This document shows positions 1-9,253 of a stretch of DNA of 64,000 nt, piece by piece. The position numbers and the translations under genes are program-made. Numbering within the stretch: the first letter of the stretch is position 1; each line of letters begins with the position of its first letter. The notes under the pieces are model-generated. The model did no database searches. It was given only the letters and a program-made list of their open reading frames with translations, and was not told where the DNA came from. Source of the DNA: an uncultured Eubacteriales bacterium (lineage in GTDB: Bacteria > Bacillota > Clostridia > Oscillospirales > Oscillospiraceae); NCBI GenBank assembly GCA_949744075.1, contig CATJWI010000115.1, positions 676 through 64,675 of the forward strand. The letters are read 5' to 3'.

Positions 1-187
1 ACTGTGGGTTAATGACATAGGTCCCCTGCTGATTAATATAACCATATCTCCCATTGATTCCAACTGCAGCAAGTCCATTATCTCCAAATGTTTCTGCATA
101 ATCAAACTGCGGGTTAATGACATAGATCCCCTGCTGATTAATATAACCATATTTCCCGTTGATTTCAACTACAGCAAGTCCGTTATC
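1..187. repeat. Near-identical 105-bp tandem coding repeat (one WG repeat unit)
   Basis: Positions 1-82 and 106-187 align with about 7 substitutions. Confidence 0.85.
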
Positions 188-1060
188 AGCAAAAAGTTCT
201 GCCCTATCAAACTGCGGAGCAATTACACATCCTGTTTTGTCAATGTAACCATACTTAGAGCCAACTTGAACCAAGGTAAAATCATCGACAAAACGTAAAG
301 CCCAATCAAACTGTGGAGTACCTATAAAGGACCCCGTGTGATCAATATAGCCGTATTTACAATTGTCATAAATACTGGTATCACTACCACGCCAGTAATC
401 TCCCACACCTACACAGGCAAAGCCGTCTTTTCCAAAATTCTCAGCATAGCCAAATTGAGGTGTAATCACATAGGCCCCCGTCTGATCAATATACCCATAT
501 TTATAAGACACCCAATAATCAGGAGCAGGTTCAGAATACCACTCCCCATCATCGTAATACATACCATAATCTGTAGTACTATATAGTTTTTCTACATTTT
601 CCTCACTTACTCTTTCTGCAATCATTACACATGCAAGATCCTTCCCCCCAAATGGAAATGCTTCATCAAATTGGGGATTGATTACATAAGTGCCTGCTGT
701 ATTGATGTACCCGAATTTCCCGCCGATATTAACACATGCGAGCCCATTTGGGGAAAAAGGTTCGGCCTGATCAAACTGCGGGTTGATCGCATAATTCCCG
801 GCTTTATCCACATATCCCCATTTCCCATCGGCGCATACAGGCACCAGTCCACAGCGAAACAAGGGATTGACCAGGTTTTCCTCCTCTCCCTCCTTTGCCT
901 GATTTTCCTTTTCCGTCCTTGATGGATCGACAACCTCGGACATCCCTCCGGAATTTATGGGGCTCTCCGTTGGAGCTTCCGCCTTTTCACAGGCACATAA
1001 CGAAACTGCCAGCATGGACAGCAACAGCAGAAATGCCATGAGATTCATTCTTTTTTTCAT
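1..1060 (-). CDS. WG-repeat (KWG-type) lipoprotein, 3' end outside window
   Basis: Not in ORF track. Hand translation from ATG 1060 gives MKKRMNLMAFLLLLSMLAVSLCAC (lipobox), then ~35-aa repeats such as GKWGYVDKAGNYAINPQFDQAEPF and KYGYINQQGIYVINPQFDYAETF. Frame is open to position 1. Confidence 0.88.
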   Translation of the reverse strand, partial: MKKRMNLMAFLLLLSMLAVSLCACEKAEAPTESPINSGGMSEVVDPSRTEKENQAKEGEEENLVNPLFRCGLVPVCADGKWGYVDKAGNYAINPQFDQAEPFSPNGLACVNIGGKFGYINTAGTYVINPQFDEAFPFGGKDLACVMIAERVSEENVEKLYSTTDYGMYYDDGEWYSEPAPDYWVSYKYGYIDQTGAYVITPQFGYAENFGKDGFACVGVGDYWRGSDTSIYDNCKYGYIDHTGSFIGTPQFDWALRFVDDFTLVQVGSKYGYIDKTGCVIAPQFDRAELFADNGLAVVEINGKYGYINQQGIYVINPQFDYAETFGDNGLAAVGINGRYGYINQQGTYVINPQ

Positions 1061-1227
1061 TTCTCTCTCCCCAAATCCTTAATATCTAAAATTACGATTT
1101 TACAGTTTGGATGTTCTGCTTTTAATTTTTTCTCTATCATGTCTTTCCCATATGCCTTTACGATCTCCCGGGTAGTCATCGTATTGACCATATATGTCAC
1201 ATCATAGACCCAGATAGCTTCCCCCAT
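1057..1227 (-). CDS. Small hypothetical protein (~56 aa), translationally coupled to the WG-repeat gene
   Basis: MGEAIWVYDVTY...DLGREK; GAGG upstream; ATGA overlap with the next gene. Confidence 0.5.
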   Translation of the reverse strand: MGEAIWVYDVTYMVNTMTTREIVKAYGKDMIEKKLKAEHPNCKIVILDIKDLGREK

Positions 1228-1543
1228 TATGACCATCCTCTCTATATTATCTTTATTCCGCCTCCAGGTAGGCCTGAATGGCACAGCATATTTGCCAGGA
1301 GCAGCAGGAAGATTATTGCCATTTTTTCATTTTGCTCACCCTTTCTACTTTTCTTAACTACCCTTGTTGTCCGCATTGCGGACAACAAAAAGAGGATATC
1401 CTCTTTTGCCTGTTTTTCATTATATCAGCCCTCTTCTGGCATTTCAACCTTTTTTCCTTGAAGGGCAAAATCAATCCAAGAAACAATGTGGGGACCGCCG
1501 CCCTCGGCAGTCCATTCAGACATGGTACCATGTTGTATCCGCC

Positions 1544-1765
1544 GTAGGGGCGGCATACATGCCGCCCCTGCAGGTTTGCCACCACCTACCGTCGGGCGAC
1601 CACATGGGGTCGCCCCTACGGGGTTCTACCGTTAACGAAACACGGAGAAACCTTCCCCTGCTCCCTCCGGGCCGATGAGGACATCAGCCCCTACAGACCA
1701 GGCGGTTTCAGGAAAAGCAATATCAACCCAAGCAACACTGTAGGGGCCGCCGCCTTCGGCGGCCC
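1544..1765. repeat. Cluster of four GTAG-type REP-like palindromes
   Basis: GTAGGGGCGGCATACATGCCGCCCC (1544), GGGCGACCACATGGGGTCGCCCCTAC (1594), GGGCCGATGAGGACATCAGCCCCTAC (1669), GTAGGGGCCGCCGCCTTCGGCGGCCC (1740). Confidence 0.75.
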
Positions 1766-1908
1766 GGCAGAACCACCTTGCAGCTTCCTCCACCCAGCGG
1801 CGAATTGGTATGGTCCAAATATCTCCTATCTCCACTCCCCTATCTGAATATACTGCCACGCCGTACATTCCTTAGCTTTTCACTTTTTCCTTTTTCCCTT
1901 TTCCCTTC

Positions 1909-2850
1909 TCAAAACGCCCCGATCTGCTTCAGCCCAAAGATCCAGCAGAACATGGTCACGATGGAGCACAGGGACGTGAAGACCACCAACTGGGCGGCCA
2001 GGTCCGCGTCGGAGTCCATGGCCTTGGCCAGGCTGAAGGAGGAGGTGGCGCAGGGGCCGCAGTAGACGCACATGAGGCCTACCATGTCGGCTCCCCGGAA
2101 GCCCATGTACACCGACAGGGGCACCAGGATGGCGGGCACCAGCACCAGGCTGCCCAGCACCCCCACCACGATGGGCTTCAGGTTCTCCCGCACCGCCCCG
2201 AAGTTGAACAGACCCCCCAGGGCGATGAGGGCCAGGGGCGCGCCGCAGCGGCCCAGGTCCCGGAAGATGTTGGCCACCACGCTGGGATAGCGGATCCCCG
2301 CCAGGTTGGTCAGGGCCCCCAGGATGGCCGCCACCACGTAGGGGTTTTTCAGCACCCCTAACAGCAGCTTTTTGGCGTTTACCTTACTGTTGCCCCGGAA
2401 GAGCTCCAGCAGGATGGCCGAGATCACGTGCTGCACCGGCACCACGGTGGCGATGAGCAGGGACACGCTGCCCAGGTTCCCCTCCCCGCACAGGGCAGTG
2501 CCGATGAGGGTGCCCAGGATGACGAAGTTGGTGTGGAAGATGCCGTGGGCCAGGGCCCCCCGGCTCTTGCTGCTCTTCACCGTGGGGAAGGTGGCCAGCA
2601 GGGCGATGGCCAGCATCACCACCTGGGTGGCCATGGCGTAGGCCAGCAGGCGGAAGTTGAACAGGGTGGCGATGTCCGCCGTCACCATGTTGTAGTAGAG
2701 GGACATGGGCAGAAAGAGCTTGAAGCACAGGGTGTTGATCCGGTTCAGGCCCAGCTCGTCCGCCACGTGGAGCCGGACCAGAAGCATGCCCAGCGCCAGC
2801 ATCACGAACAGCGGCAATATGGCGTTTACCGCCGCCTGTAAACTTTCCAT
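1909..2850 (-). CDS. AEC (auxin efflux carrier / malate permease) family transporter
   Basis: ~10 hydrophobic helices; LFLP, TNFVILG, LKNPYVVA and PLALIALG motifs. Confidence 0.85.
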   Translation of the reverse strand: MESLQAAVNAILPLFVMLALGMLLVRLHVADELGLNRINTLCFKLFLPMSLYYNMVTADIATLFNFRLLAYAMATQVVMLAIALLATFPTVKSSKSRGALAHGIFHTNFVILGTLIGTALCGEGNLGSVSLLIATVVPVQHVISAILLELFRGNSKVNAKKLLLGVLKNPYVVAAILGALTNLAGIRYPSVVANIFRDLGRCGAPLALIALGGLFNFGAVRENLKPIVVGVLGSLVLVPAILVPLSVYMGFRGADMVGLMCVYCGPCATSSFSLAKAMDSDADLAAQLVVFTSLCSIVTMFCWIFGLKQIGAF

Positions 2851-2975
2851 CAAAAATGCCCCCTTGTCTTCGAATTTCCCTTTTTGGCGAAAAAAGGGAG
2901 AGGCAACGGTCATTGTATCACCGCCGCCGCCATTTGGCAAGGGGCCCCTTTCGCAAAAAGGCGGCGCTGTATTCC

Positions 2976-3770
2976 CTACAGAGCCGCCTTTTTCATTTCC
3001 AGTTTGATCTCCTGCTTCCAGCTTTTCTCCTCCCCCGGTGACAGCACCACCGCGCCGGGGCGGTGGTCCAGCTCCCGTTGGGGGCCGGGGAAGCCCTGCC
3101 AGGGCTCAATGCACAGGAAGCCGGGGATGCCGGGCTTGCTCCAGAGGAGGACCCGGAAGAAGCCCTCCGTCCCCACCTGGATAAATTCTCCGCTGTCCCG
3201 GTGCTCCAGGCGGGCCCAGGGGCCCACGTTCTCGTAGGGGATGGAGTCGTTATCGAAGAGGTGCTCCGTCAAAGGCACCACCCGGCCGTTGGCAAAGCGG
3301 ACCTGGTAATCGGCAGCGGCGGTGCCCTCCACGAAGGGACAGCGGAAGCCGGGGTGGAAGCCTAACTGGAGGGCCATGGGCTCGGCTCCCGTGTTGGTGA
3401 CGGTGCAGGTGGTCACCGCACCGTCCTTCAGCAGGCGGTGCTCGGTGTCTAGGGTAAAGGGCCAGGGCCAGTTTTCCGACCCCGGCCAGTTCAGGCGGAA
3501 GCAGAGGAAGTCCTCCCCTTGGTCTGTCAGGGTGTGGGGAAGGTCCCGGGCGAAGCCGTGCTGGGGGCCCTCGAAGCGCTTGCCGCCGTACGTCCCCCAG
3601 CCGCCGGACAGCTTTCCGCACCAGGGGAAGCACACCGGGGCGTGGCGAGGCCAGACCTCGGGGTCGGCCTGCCAGAGCAGCTCCCGGCCCTGCCAGGTCA
3701 GGGAGCACAGCTCCGCCCCCTTTTCCGCCGCTTTCAGGCTTATGGGGCCTTTTTTCAGTACGTATTCCAT
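2976..3770 (-). CDS. Aldose 1-epimerase (mutarotase, LacX-like) family protein
   Basis: GAELCS, LLWQAD..WPRHAPVCFP, HGFARD, GFHPGF, FLCIEPW. Confidence 0.88.
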   Translation of the reverse strand: MEYVLKKGPISLKAAEKGAELCSLTWQGRELLWQADPEVWPRHAPVCFPWCGKLSGGWGTYGGKRFEGPQHGFARDLPHTLTDQGEDFLCFRLNWPGSENWPWPFTLDTEHRLLKDGAVTTCTVTNTGAEPMALQLGFHPGFRCPFVEGTAAADYQVRFANGRVVPLTEHLFDNDSIPYENVGPWARLEHRDSGEFIQVGTEGFFRVLLWSKPGIPGFLCIEPWQGFPGPQRELDHRPGAVVLSPGEEKSWKQEIKLEMKKAAL

Positions 3771-3782
3771 TTCCGTCCTCCC

Positions 3783-4571
3783 CTACGCCAGTACGTTCTT
3801 GACGATGTTGAAGATACAGATGGCCAACACCAGCAGCTGCACGGCGTTGAAGGCCCGGTCGACGGCTTCTTCTGAAAACTTTTTGTTATATTTTGCTCCA
3901 ATAAAACCTCCCGCAATGGCTCCTACCACCATGACGGGGGCCATGGATAGGTCAAAGCCGCCGAAACCGCCCCCCAGGGCCACCGAGGCCAGCTTAGAGG
4001 CCTGGGAGAAGAGGATGATAACGATGGAGCTGACGGCGGCCTTCTTGGTGTCATAGGAGAAGAGGAAAATGATGAGGGCCACGTTGATGGGGCCGCCGCC
4101 GATGCCCAGAAAGGCGGCGCATACCCCCAGGAAAAGGCCCAGGATCAGGGCGGGGGCCGGCTGATCCCAGTGCTTGGAAGGGATGCGGGCCTTGTTTTTC
4201 ATGTATAGGTAGACCCCCAGGATGAGCAGGGAGAGCACGGCGTTCTGCACCACTGTCACCTGGGCGTTGGGCAGGCCCGCCGTCACCCGGCTCAGCAGCC
4301 GCTGGCCTACCTGTCCCCCCGCCACCGAGCCGATGGCCAGGGGGACTGCGGTGCGAAAGGGGATCTCCGTTTTGGCCAGCATCTGCTTGCCCAGGGACAC
4401 CACCGCCATGGAGAAGACGGTGATGGAGGACAGCATGCCGATGGTGGAGGCGTTATAGTCCCCCAGGATGTCCAACAGGGGCTTGATGATGACCCCGCCC
4501 CCCAGGCCGGTGAGGGAGCCTACGGTGGTAGCGCCGATGGCGATGAGGAAATAGATCAGATAGCTTACCAT
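3783..4571 (-). CDS. TauE/SafE (TSUP) family sulfite/organosulfonate exporter
   Basis: Duplicated GLGGGVII / GIGGGPIN motifs, ~8 TM, 262 aa. Confidence 0.88.
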   Translation of the reverse strand: MVSYLIYFLIAIGATTVGSLTGLGGGVIIKPLLDILGDYNASTIGMLSSITVFSMAVVSLGKQMLAKTEIPFRTAVPLAIGSVAGGQVGQRLLSRVTAGLPNAQVTVVQNAVLSLLILGVYLYMKNKARIPSKHWDQPAPALILGLFLGVCAAFLGIGGGPINVALIIFLFSYDTKKAAVSSIVIILFSQASKLASVALGGGFGGFDLSMAPVMVVGAIAGGFIGAKYNKKFSEEAVDRAFNAVQLLVLAICIFNIVKNVLA

Positions 4572-4575
4572 AGCC

Positions 4576-6072
4576 TCAGCCTCCGCAGGGGTGGGCGGGG
4601 GCGGAAGCCCGGGTGTGGCTGTTCTGGGCGGGGTCCTTCATGCACAGGTGGACCGCCGTGGTGGTGAAGGTCCGGGGCAGGGCCAGGATGTTGGGGTTTT
4701 CCCCCACGTATTTCCGCTTGGCGTCGGCCAGGGCTTCCTCGAAGGTGGCTCTTGTTTTCAGGCCCATCCCACGGGCGATGCCCGGCTCCCGGGCGCCTAC
4801 GATATAGATGGCGCTGGTGTGCTCCTCCGCCAGGTGGCCGCAGCTCATCATGGAGAAGCCGTGGAAGGGATGGAAGGCGTTGGCGAAGCGGTACTTCCGG
4901 ATATACTCCTCTTTGGTGGCAAAGTACTCGCCGTAGCGGTTCATGTCGGGCAGGATGTTCATATAGTCGTGCTGGAACAGCTCATACAATTCCCGCAGGT
5001 AGGGCCAGCGCTCGTCGTGGAAATAGCCGTCGCAGATGCTGCTGACGATGAACACGCACCGGTCACTGAGGACCCGCTTGTGGCGGATCACCTGGGCACT
5101 CAGTGCCTGCATCATCTGGATGGGGTTGGTGCCCATACCGTTGCCGTAGTGGAAATTTGTCGGCATGCCGAAGACCACCACGTCGTACTTCTTCTCCGCC
5201 CAATGGACGTAGGTCCGCTGGTCCGCCACCTTCCAGCTGATGGGCTGGAGCTCCTTGGCCCACCCCGAGTAGATGGCGATCTGGCGGCTTTTGCTGTCCA
5301 GCACCGCGTCGCAGCAGAAGAACTTCTTCCCCATCTTCTCCTCCATCCACATCCCATGCTGGTCGAACTTGTCTCGCATGAGGCTGTGGGTGGATACCGG
5401 CACGAAGTCCTGGCGGTGCATCACCTGGGGCACGTGGTGGGACGAGATGCTTCGCCAGTGGGAGATCCCTGTGGCGCAGTGCTTATAGCCGCCGGAGTAG
5501 CCGCCGTAGGGGTTTCCCTGGGTATGGCCGATGAGGATGGGGATATCGGCGTCGTAGACATACTTGTTCATGATGACGTGGTCTCCCTGGGGGGTGAAAC
5601 CCAGGTCCATTAGGTGGTCGTAGTCCTCGCTGTCGTGGCTGGTGATCTGGCCGGTGGGGTAGAACTCGGCGAAGAGGTCCTCTCCCAGGATGGTCTTCAT
5701 CTCGGGCACGGTGGCACGGGGGTGGAGGCCGTTGGAGAAGAGCAGCAGGATGTCCTTCTTCTCTACCCCGGCGGCGTAGAGCTCGTCCAGACAGGCCCGG
5801 ATGGCCACCTTCCGGTGGCTGGTGGGCTGGTTGCCCCCCTTGACGATGTCCGGGATGATGAAGACCACCGTTTTCCCCGGCCCTGCCAGGGCTTTCAGGG
5901 GCTCCATGGCGATGGGGTGGCGGATGGAGTCCAGGGTGGCGTTGTAGAGGCTGTCCCAGTCCTGGGGCAGGCAGGGGGGATCGGGGACGGTCTCGCCGGG
6001 GATGAAGATGTCTGTGCTGTCCGGCAGCTCCGCGCTCATCAGGCCCTGGCCGTATTCGAAGTCTAATTTCAT
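4576..6072 (-). CDS. LarA-like (lactate racemase domain, DUF2088) protein
   Basis: N-terminal YG; IIPD, SNGLH, SHD, GYSGGYK and SSHH motifs matching the LarA layout. Confidence 0.8.
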   Translation of the reverse strand: MKLDFEYGQGLMSAELPDSTDIFIPGETVPDPPCLPQDWDSLYNATLDSIRHPIAMEPLKALAGPGKTVVFIIPDIVKGGNQPTSHRKVAIRACLDELYAAGVEKKDILLLFSNGLHPRATVPEMKTILGEDLFAEFYPTGQITSHDSEDYDHLMDLGFTPQGDHVIMNKYVYDADIPILIGHTQGNPYGGYSGGYKHCATGISHWRSISSHHVPQVMHRQDFVPVSTHSLMRDKFDQHGMWMEEKMGKKFFCCDAVLDSKSRQIAIYSGWAKELQPISWKVADQRTYVHWAEKKYDVVVFGMPTNFHYGNGMGTNPIQMMQALSAQVIRHKRVLSDRCVFIVSSICDGYFHDERWPYLRELYELFQHDYMNILPDMNRYGEYFATKEEYIRKYRFANAFHPFHGFSMMSCGHLAEEHTSAIYIVGAREPGIARGMGLKTRATFEEALADAKRKYVGENPNILALPRTFTTTAVHLCMKDPAQNSHTRASAPAHPCGG

Positions 6073-6084
6073 ATGCGTTCCTCC

Positions 6085-6915
6085 TCAATGGCCCAGATAG
6101 AGCCGAATGATCTCCAGATATTCCTCCGGGTAGAAGCCGATCTCCCCGGTAAACCGGGTCAGGGCGATGAGGCCGCCGTCGATCTCGGGGAGAGAGGCAA
6201 GCATCTCCGCGTTGTCCGATTTCAGGCCCCCGCCATAGACCACGTCCAGCCCTTCCGTCTGTTCCTTGACGAACCGGGCGATCTTCTGGATGTAGGGGCC
6301 ATCCGCCGGGGTCTTGCCGGGGCCGATGGACCAGACGGGCTCGTAGGCAATGACCGCCCTGTTCCTGTCCGCCCCTTGGAGGCCCACCTCCAGCTGTTCC
6401 CCCAGCACCTCCTGCCAGCGGTCCTGCTCCTCGCTCTTCTCTCCGATGCAGTAAAGGACGCTGAGGCCCGCGGCCTGGGCGGCCAGGACCTCCTGGTTCA
6501 GCAGGCGGTTGACGGCGGCAGTGTCGGTAACTCCCGCCCCGCTTAGGATGCCCGCCTTGTCGTTTCGCTCCTCGCAGTGGCCGATGAGGGTGTCGGTGCA
6601 GCCCAGGGCCGCCGCGGCGTGGGCGGGACGGTTGGTGGTGAAGGCTCCGAAGTTGCCCCCCACCGCTGTGTCCGCCCGGAAGACTCCCTGGCATCCCACC
6701 CGCACCGGGCCGGTGCGGGCCTGGGCGGCGTTCAGGATGTGGGCCTCGGGGAAATACTGGACGAACTCCACCTCTTTGGGATCGTAGCCCTTGAGGCCCT
6801 TCTCCGTCTCCCGGATGATAGTGCTCCCCCAGTCGGCCAGGGGGGCCAGGCGGTTCACGCCTCCCAACGCCACAGGCACGTCGAACCGCTTTAAGTTGAG
6901 ATAGATGTGCTTCAT
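6085..6915 (-). CDS. Divergent triosephosphate isomerase family protein
   Basis: NLK, GAFT, IGHCEER, CIGE, AYEPVWSIGPGK, YGGG. Confidence 0.85.
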   Translation of the reverse strand: MKHIYLNLKRFDVPVALGGVNRLAPLADWGSTIIRETEKGLKGYDPKEVEFVQYFPEAHILNAAQARTGPVRVGCQGVFRADTAVGGNFGAFTTNRPAHAAAALGCTDTLIGHCEERNDKAGILSGAGVTDTAAVNRLLNQEVLAAQAAGLSVLYCIGEKSEEQDRWQEVLGEQLEVGLQGADRNRAVIAYEPVWSIGPGKTPADGPYIQKIARFVKEQTEGLDVVYGGGLKSDNAEMLASLPEIDGGLIALTRFTGEIGFYPEEYLEIIRLYLGH

Positions 6916-6927
6916 AGCCTTGCCTCC

Positions 6928-8097
6928 TCAGCGTTTCTGATACTGGATCATATGGGGCAGCTCCTCCCCCAGAAGGGGCCGGAGCCATTGGCCGTAAGCC
7001 TCTGTCACCCCGTTGCCCTGGGCGTTGATATACTCCTGGGGCAGGGTCCGCTCGGTGAGCATGACCTGCTGGATGGGAGCGAGGAACATTTCGCTCTCAT
7101 AGGGGCTGTCGCTGAGCCGCCGGAAGGCGGGCATGACCCCCGTCTGTCCCGAGAGCACCGCCCGGACCGCCGCCCGGCCGGCCTCCTCCGCCTCTTGGCA
7201 GTCCACGGAGCTGCGCCAGTGGATGCTGCACCGGCCGGCGATGCCCGGCTTTTCGCTCCGGGCCTTGACGCCCAGCCCCTTGACCACCAGCTGGGCCAGG
7301 TGGGCGGACACGTCCCCGAAGTAGGTGGAGCGTCCGGTCTGGAAGATGGGGGGCACCAGGGGCTTGCCCCCTGGGCCGTGGATGCCCTCGCTGGCCACCA
7401 CTACCACGCCCTTCCCCTTGGCCCACAGCCGCTCCACGTCGGCCAGGAAGGCGTTTTCGTCAAAATCCCGCTCGGGCAGGTAGATGAGGTCGGGGCCCAG
7501 CTCGCCGTCCTGCCGGGCCAGCTCCGCCGCGGCGGTGACCCAGCCGGCGTTGCGGCCCATGGCCTCCACCACGCAAACGTGGATGGGCAGGGAGCGCACG
7601 TCGGCGCAGATCTCCCGCACCGTCCCCGCCATATAGAGGGCGGCACTGGGGAAGCCGGGGGAGTGGTCGGTGACGGCAATGTCGTTGTCCATGGTCTTGG
7701 GGATGCCCGCCACCAGCACCTCGCCCCCCGCGGCCCGGCAGGCCTCATAGACCTTGCCGCAAGTATCCATGGTGCCGTTGCCCCCGTTGAAGAGGGCGAA
7801 TTTGATGTGGTTTTTCTCCAGGACCTCCGCCGCCTTGGCGTAGTCCTCCTTCTCCATGGCATCCCGGGAGGTGCCGATGGCCGAGCCCGGGGTGGTGAGG
7901 AGCCCTTGGCGCTCCGCCTGGGAGAGTTTGTCCATCCGGATGAAGTTCTCTGTCAGCAGGCCCTTCATGCCCCCCAGGGCGCCGTAGACCGCCTCCACCC
8001 TGCCGCTTGCCACGGCCTCCTCCACCGCCCCGTAGAGGGAGCAGTTGATGACCGCCGTGGGGCCGCCGCCGTGGACGATGAGCAGGTTGTCCCCCAC
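6928..8097 (-). CDS. PfkA-family phosphofructokinase paralogue
   Basis: GGPTAVIN, GTSR, GGNGT, PKTMDND, EAMGRNAGW, ASEG. Confidence 0.88.
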   Translation of the reverse strand: MGDNLLIVHGGGPTAVINCSLYGAVEEAVASGRVEAVYGALGGMKGLLTENFIRMDKLSQAERQGLLTTPGSAIGTSRDAMEKEDYAKAAEVLEKNHIKFALFNGGNGTMDTCGKVYEACRAAGGEVLVAGIPKTMDNDIAVTDHSPGFPSAALYMAGTVREICADVRSLPIHVCVVEAMGRNAGWVTAAAELARQDGELGPDLIYLPERDFDENAFLADVERLWAKGKGVVVVASEGIHGPGGKPLVPPIFQTGRSTYFGDVSAHLAQLVVKGLGVKARSEKPGIAGRCSIHWRSSVDCQEAEEAGRAAVRAVLSGQTGVMPAFRRLSDSPYESEMFLAPIQQVMLTERTLPQEYINAQGNGVTEAYGQWLRPLLGEELPHMIQYQKR

Positions 8098-9252
8098 TTA
8101 GACCCCCTCCTTATACCGGCGGGCCATGTCCTCCAGGCTGTCCAGCGCCACCAGGGGCGCCCGGCCCACCGAGCCGAACTCCACGATGAGGCTGCCCACC
8201 GCCTCCTTCACGCCCTTTTCAATGGCGTCGGTGACCGCTTTCAGGGACTCCCCCTCTCCCGTGCCGTACATGACGGCGTCCATGATGGGGGGCAGGAAGG
8301 CCCTGGGGTCGAAAGCGTCCCGCTTCTCGTCCAGCAGCTTCCAGACGCCCCCCACCTGGGGGTCCTCCCTCAGCTCCGGCCGGTCCCGGAACAGCTCCCG
8401 CAGGTCCCGGGTCACCGCCAGGCGGATGTCGGTGTCCACGTTGATCTTCCGGATGCCGCAGGGGATGGCCGCCTTCAGCTCCTCCTTGGAGATGCCGTAG
8501 GCGTTCTGGATATTGCCCCCCAGGGCGTTGATCTCCTCCACGATATACCGGGGCACGGTGGAGGAGCCGTGGGAGACCAGGAAGGCCCGGATACCCTCGT
8601 GGCTCATGCACTCCCGGATGGCGGTGGGGATCTCCCGGCGGAGCTTCACGCCCTTGCCCTTGCTGGCCCCGTGCATGGTGCCGTAGCTGATGGCCAGGGC
8701 GTCCACCCCGGTCCTCTTCAAAAAGTCGATGGCGGTGAGGGGGTTTGTGTAGGTGGAGTCGGCGGCGAAGACGTGGTCCTCCACCCCCGCCAGCACCCCC
8801 AACTCTCCCTCCACGCTGACTCCACGGGGGTGGGCGTATTTTACCACCTCCCGGGTGAGCTCCACGTTCTCCTCATAAGGTAGAGAGGAGCCGTCGATCA
8901 TCACCGAGGTGTAGCCCCCCTCGATGGCGGCCACGCAGGAGTCGAAGTCCCTACCGTGATCCAGGTGGAGCACCACGGGCACCGGGCTGTGCTCGCCGTA
9001 TTTTTTCACGGCGGCGGCGATGTTTTTGGCCCCCTTCTTCTTGTCCTCTAAGGTGCCGTTTTGGAAGTCGGTCCGGCCCCCCATGAAGGCGTTGGCCAGG
9101 TCGGCCCCCTGGAGGATGGCAGGGGAGCGGAAGAGCTCGTGGACCTCGATGACCGCCTTGGCCTGGCAGACGGCGTTGACGTTGAAGGCCCCCTGGGCGT
9201 AGTTGTGGGCTTCGGCGGCCTCCAGCAGGGGCCGCAGTGGGATCAAGGGCAT
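8098..9252 (-). CDS. Class II ketose-bisphosphate aldolase
   Basis: GAFNVN, HLDHG, SVMIDGS, VEGELG, GTMHG, HGSS, KINVDTD, DPR. Confidence 0.9.
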   Translation of the reverse strand: MPLIPLRPLLEAAEAHNYAQGAFNVNAVCQAKAVIEVHELFRSPAILQGADLANAFMGGRTDFQNGTLEDKKKGAKNIAAAVKKYGEHSPVPVVLHLDHGRDFDSCVAAIEGGYTSVMIDGSSLPYEENVELTREVVKYAHPRGVSVEGELGVLAGVEDHVFAADSTYTNPLTAIDFLKRTGVDALAISYGTMHGASKGKGVKLRREIPTAIRECMSHEGIRAFLVSHGSSTVPRYIVEEINALGGNIQNAYGISKEELKAAIPCGIRKINVDTDIRLAVTRDLRELFRDRPELREDPQVGGVWKLLDEKRDAFDPRAFLPPIMDAVMYGTGEGESLKAVTDAIEKGVKEAVGSLIVEFGSVGRAPLVALDSLEDMARRYKEGV

Positions 9253-9253
9253 A

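Noticed and set aside
1-187. Near-identical repeat pair as a DGR template/variable repeat or CRISPR array
   Set aside because: Differences are mixed transitions rather than adenine-specific, the period is an in-frame 105 bp inside a WG-repeat CDS, and no RT or cas gene is present
1872-1908. TTTTCC-like pyrimidine repeat after the AEC gene
   Set aside because: Short low-complexity tract with no evidence of function
6907-8883. Long alternative-frame and antisense ORFs (e.g. 6907-8883, 5483-6988, 39294-40988, 51539-53911)
   Set aside because: Shadow ORFs of high-GC genes with no recognisable motifs; they overlap well-supported genes
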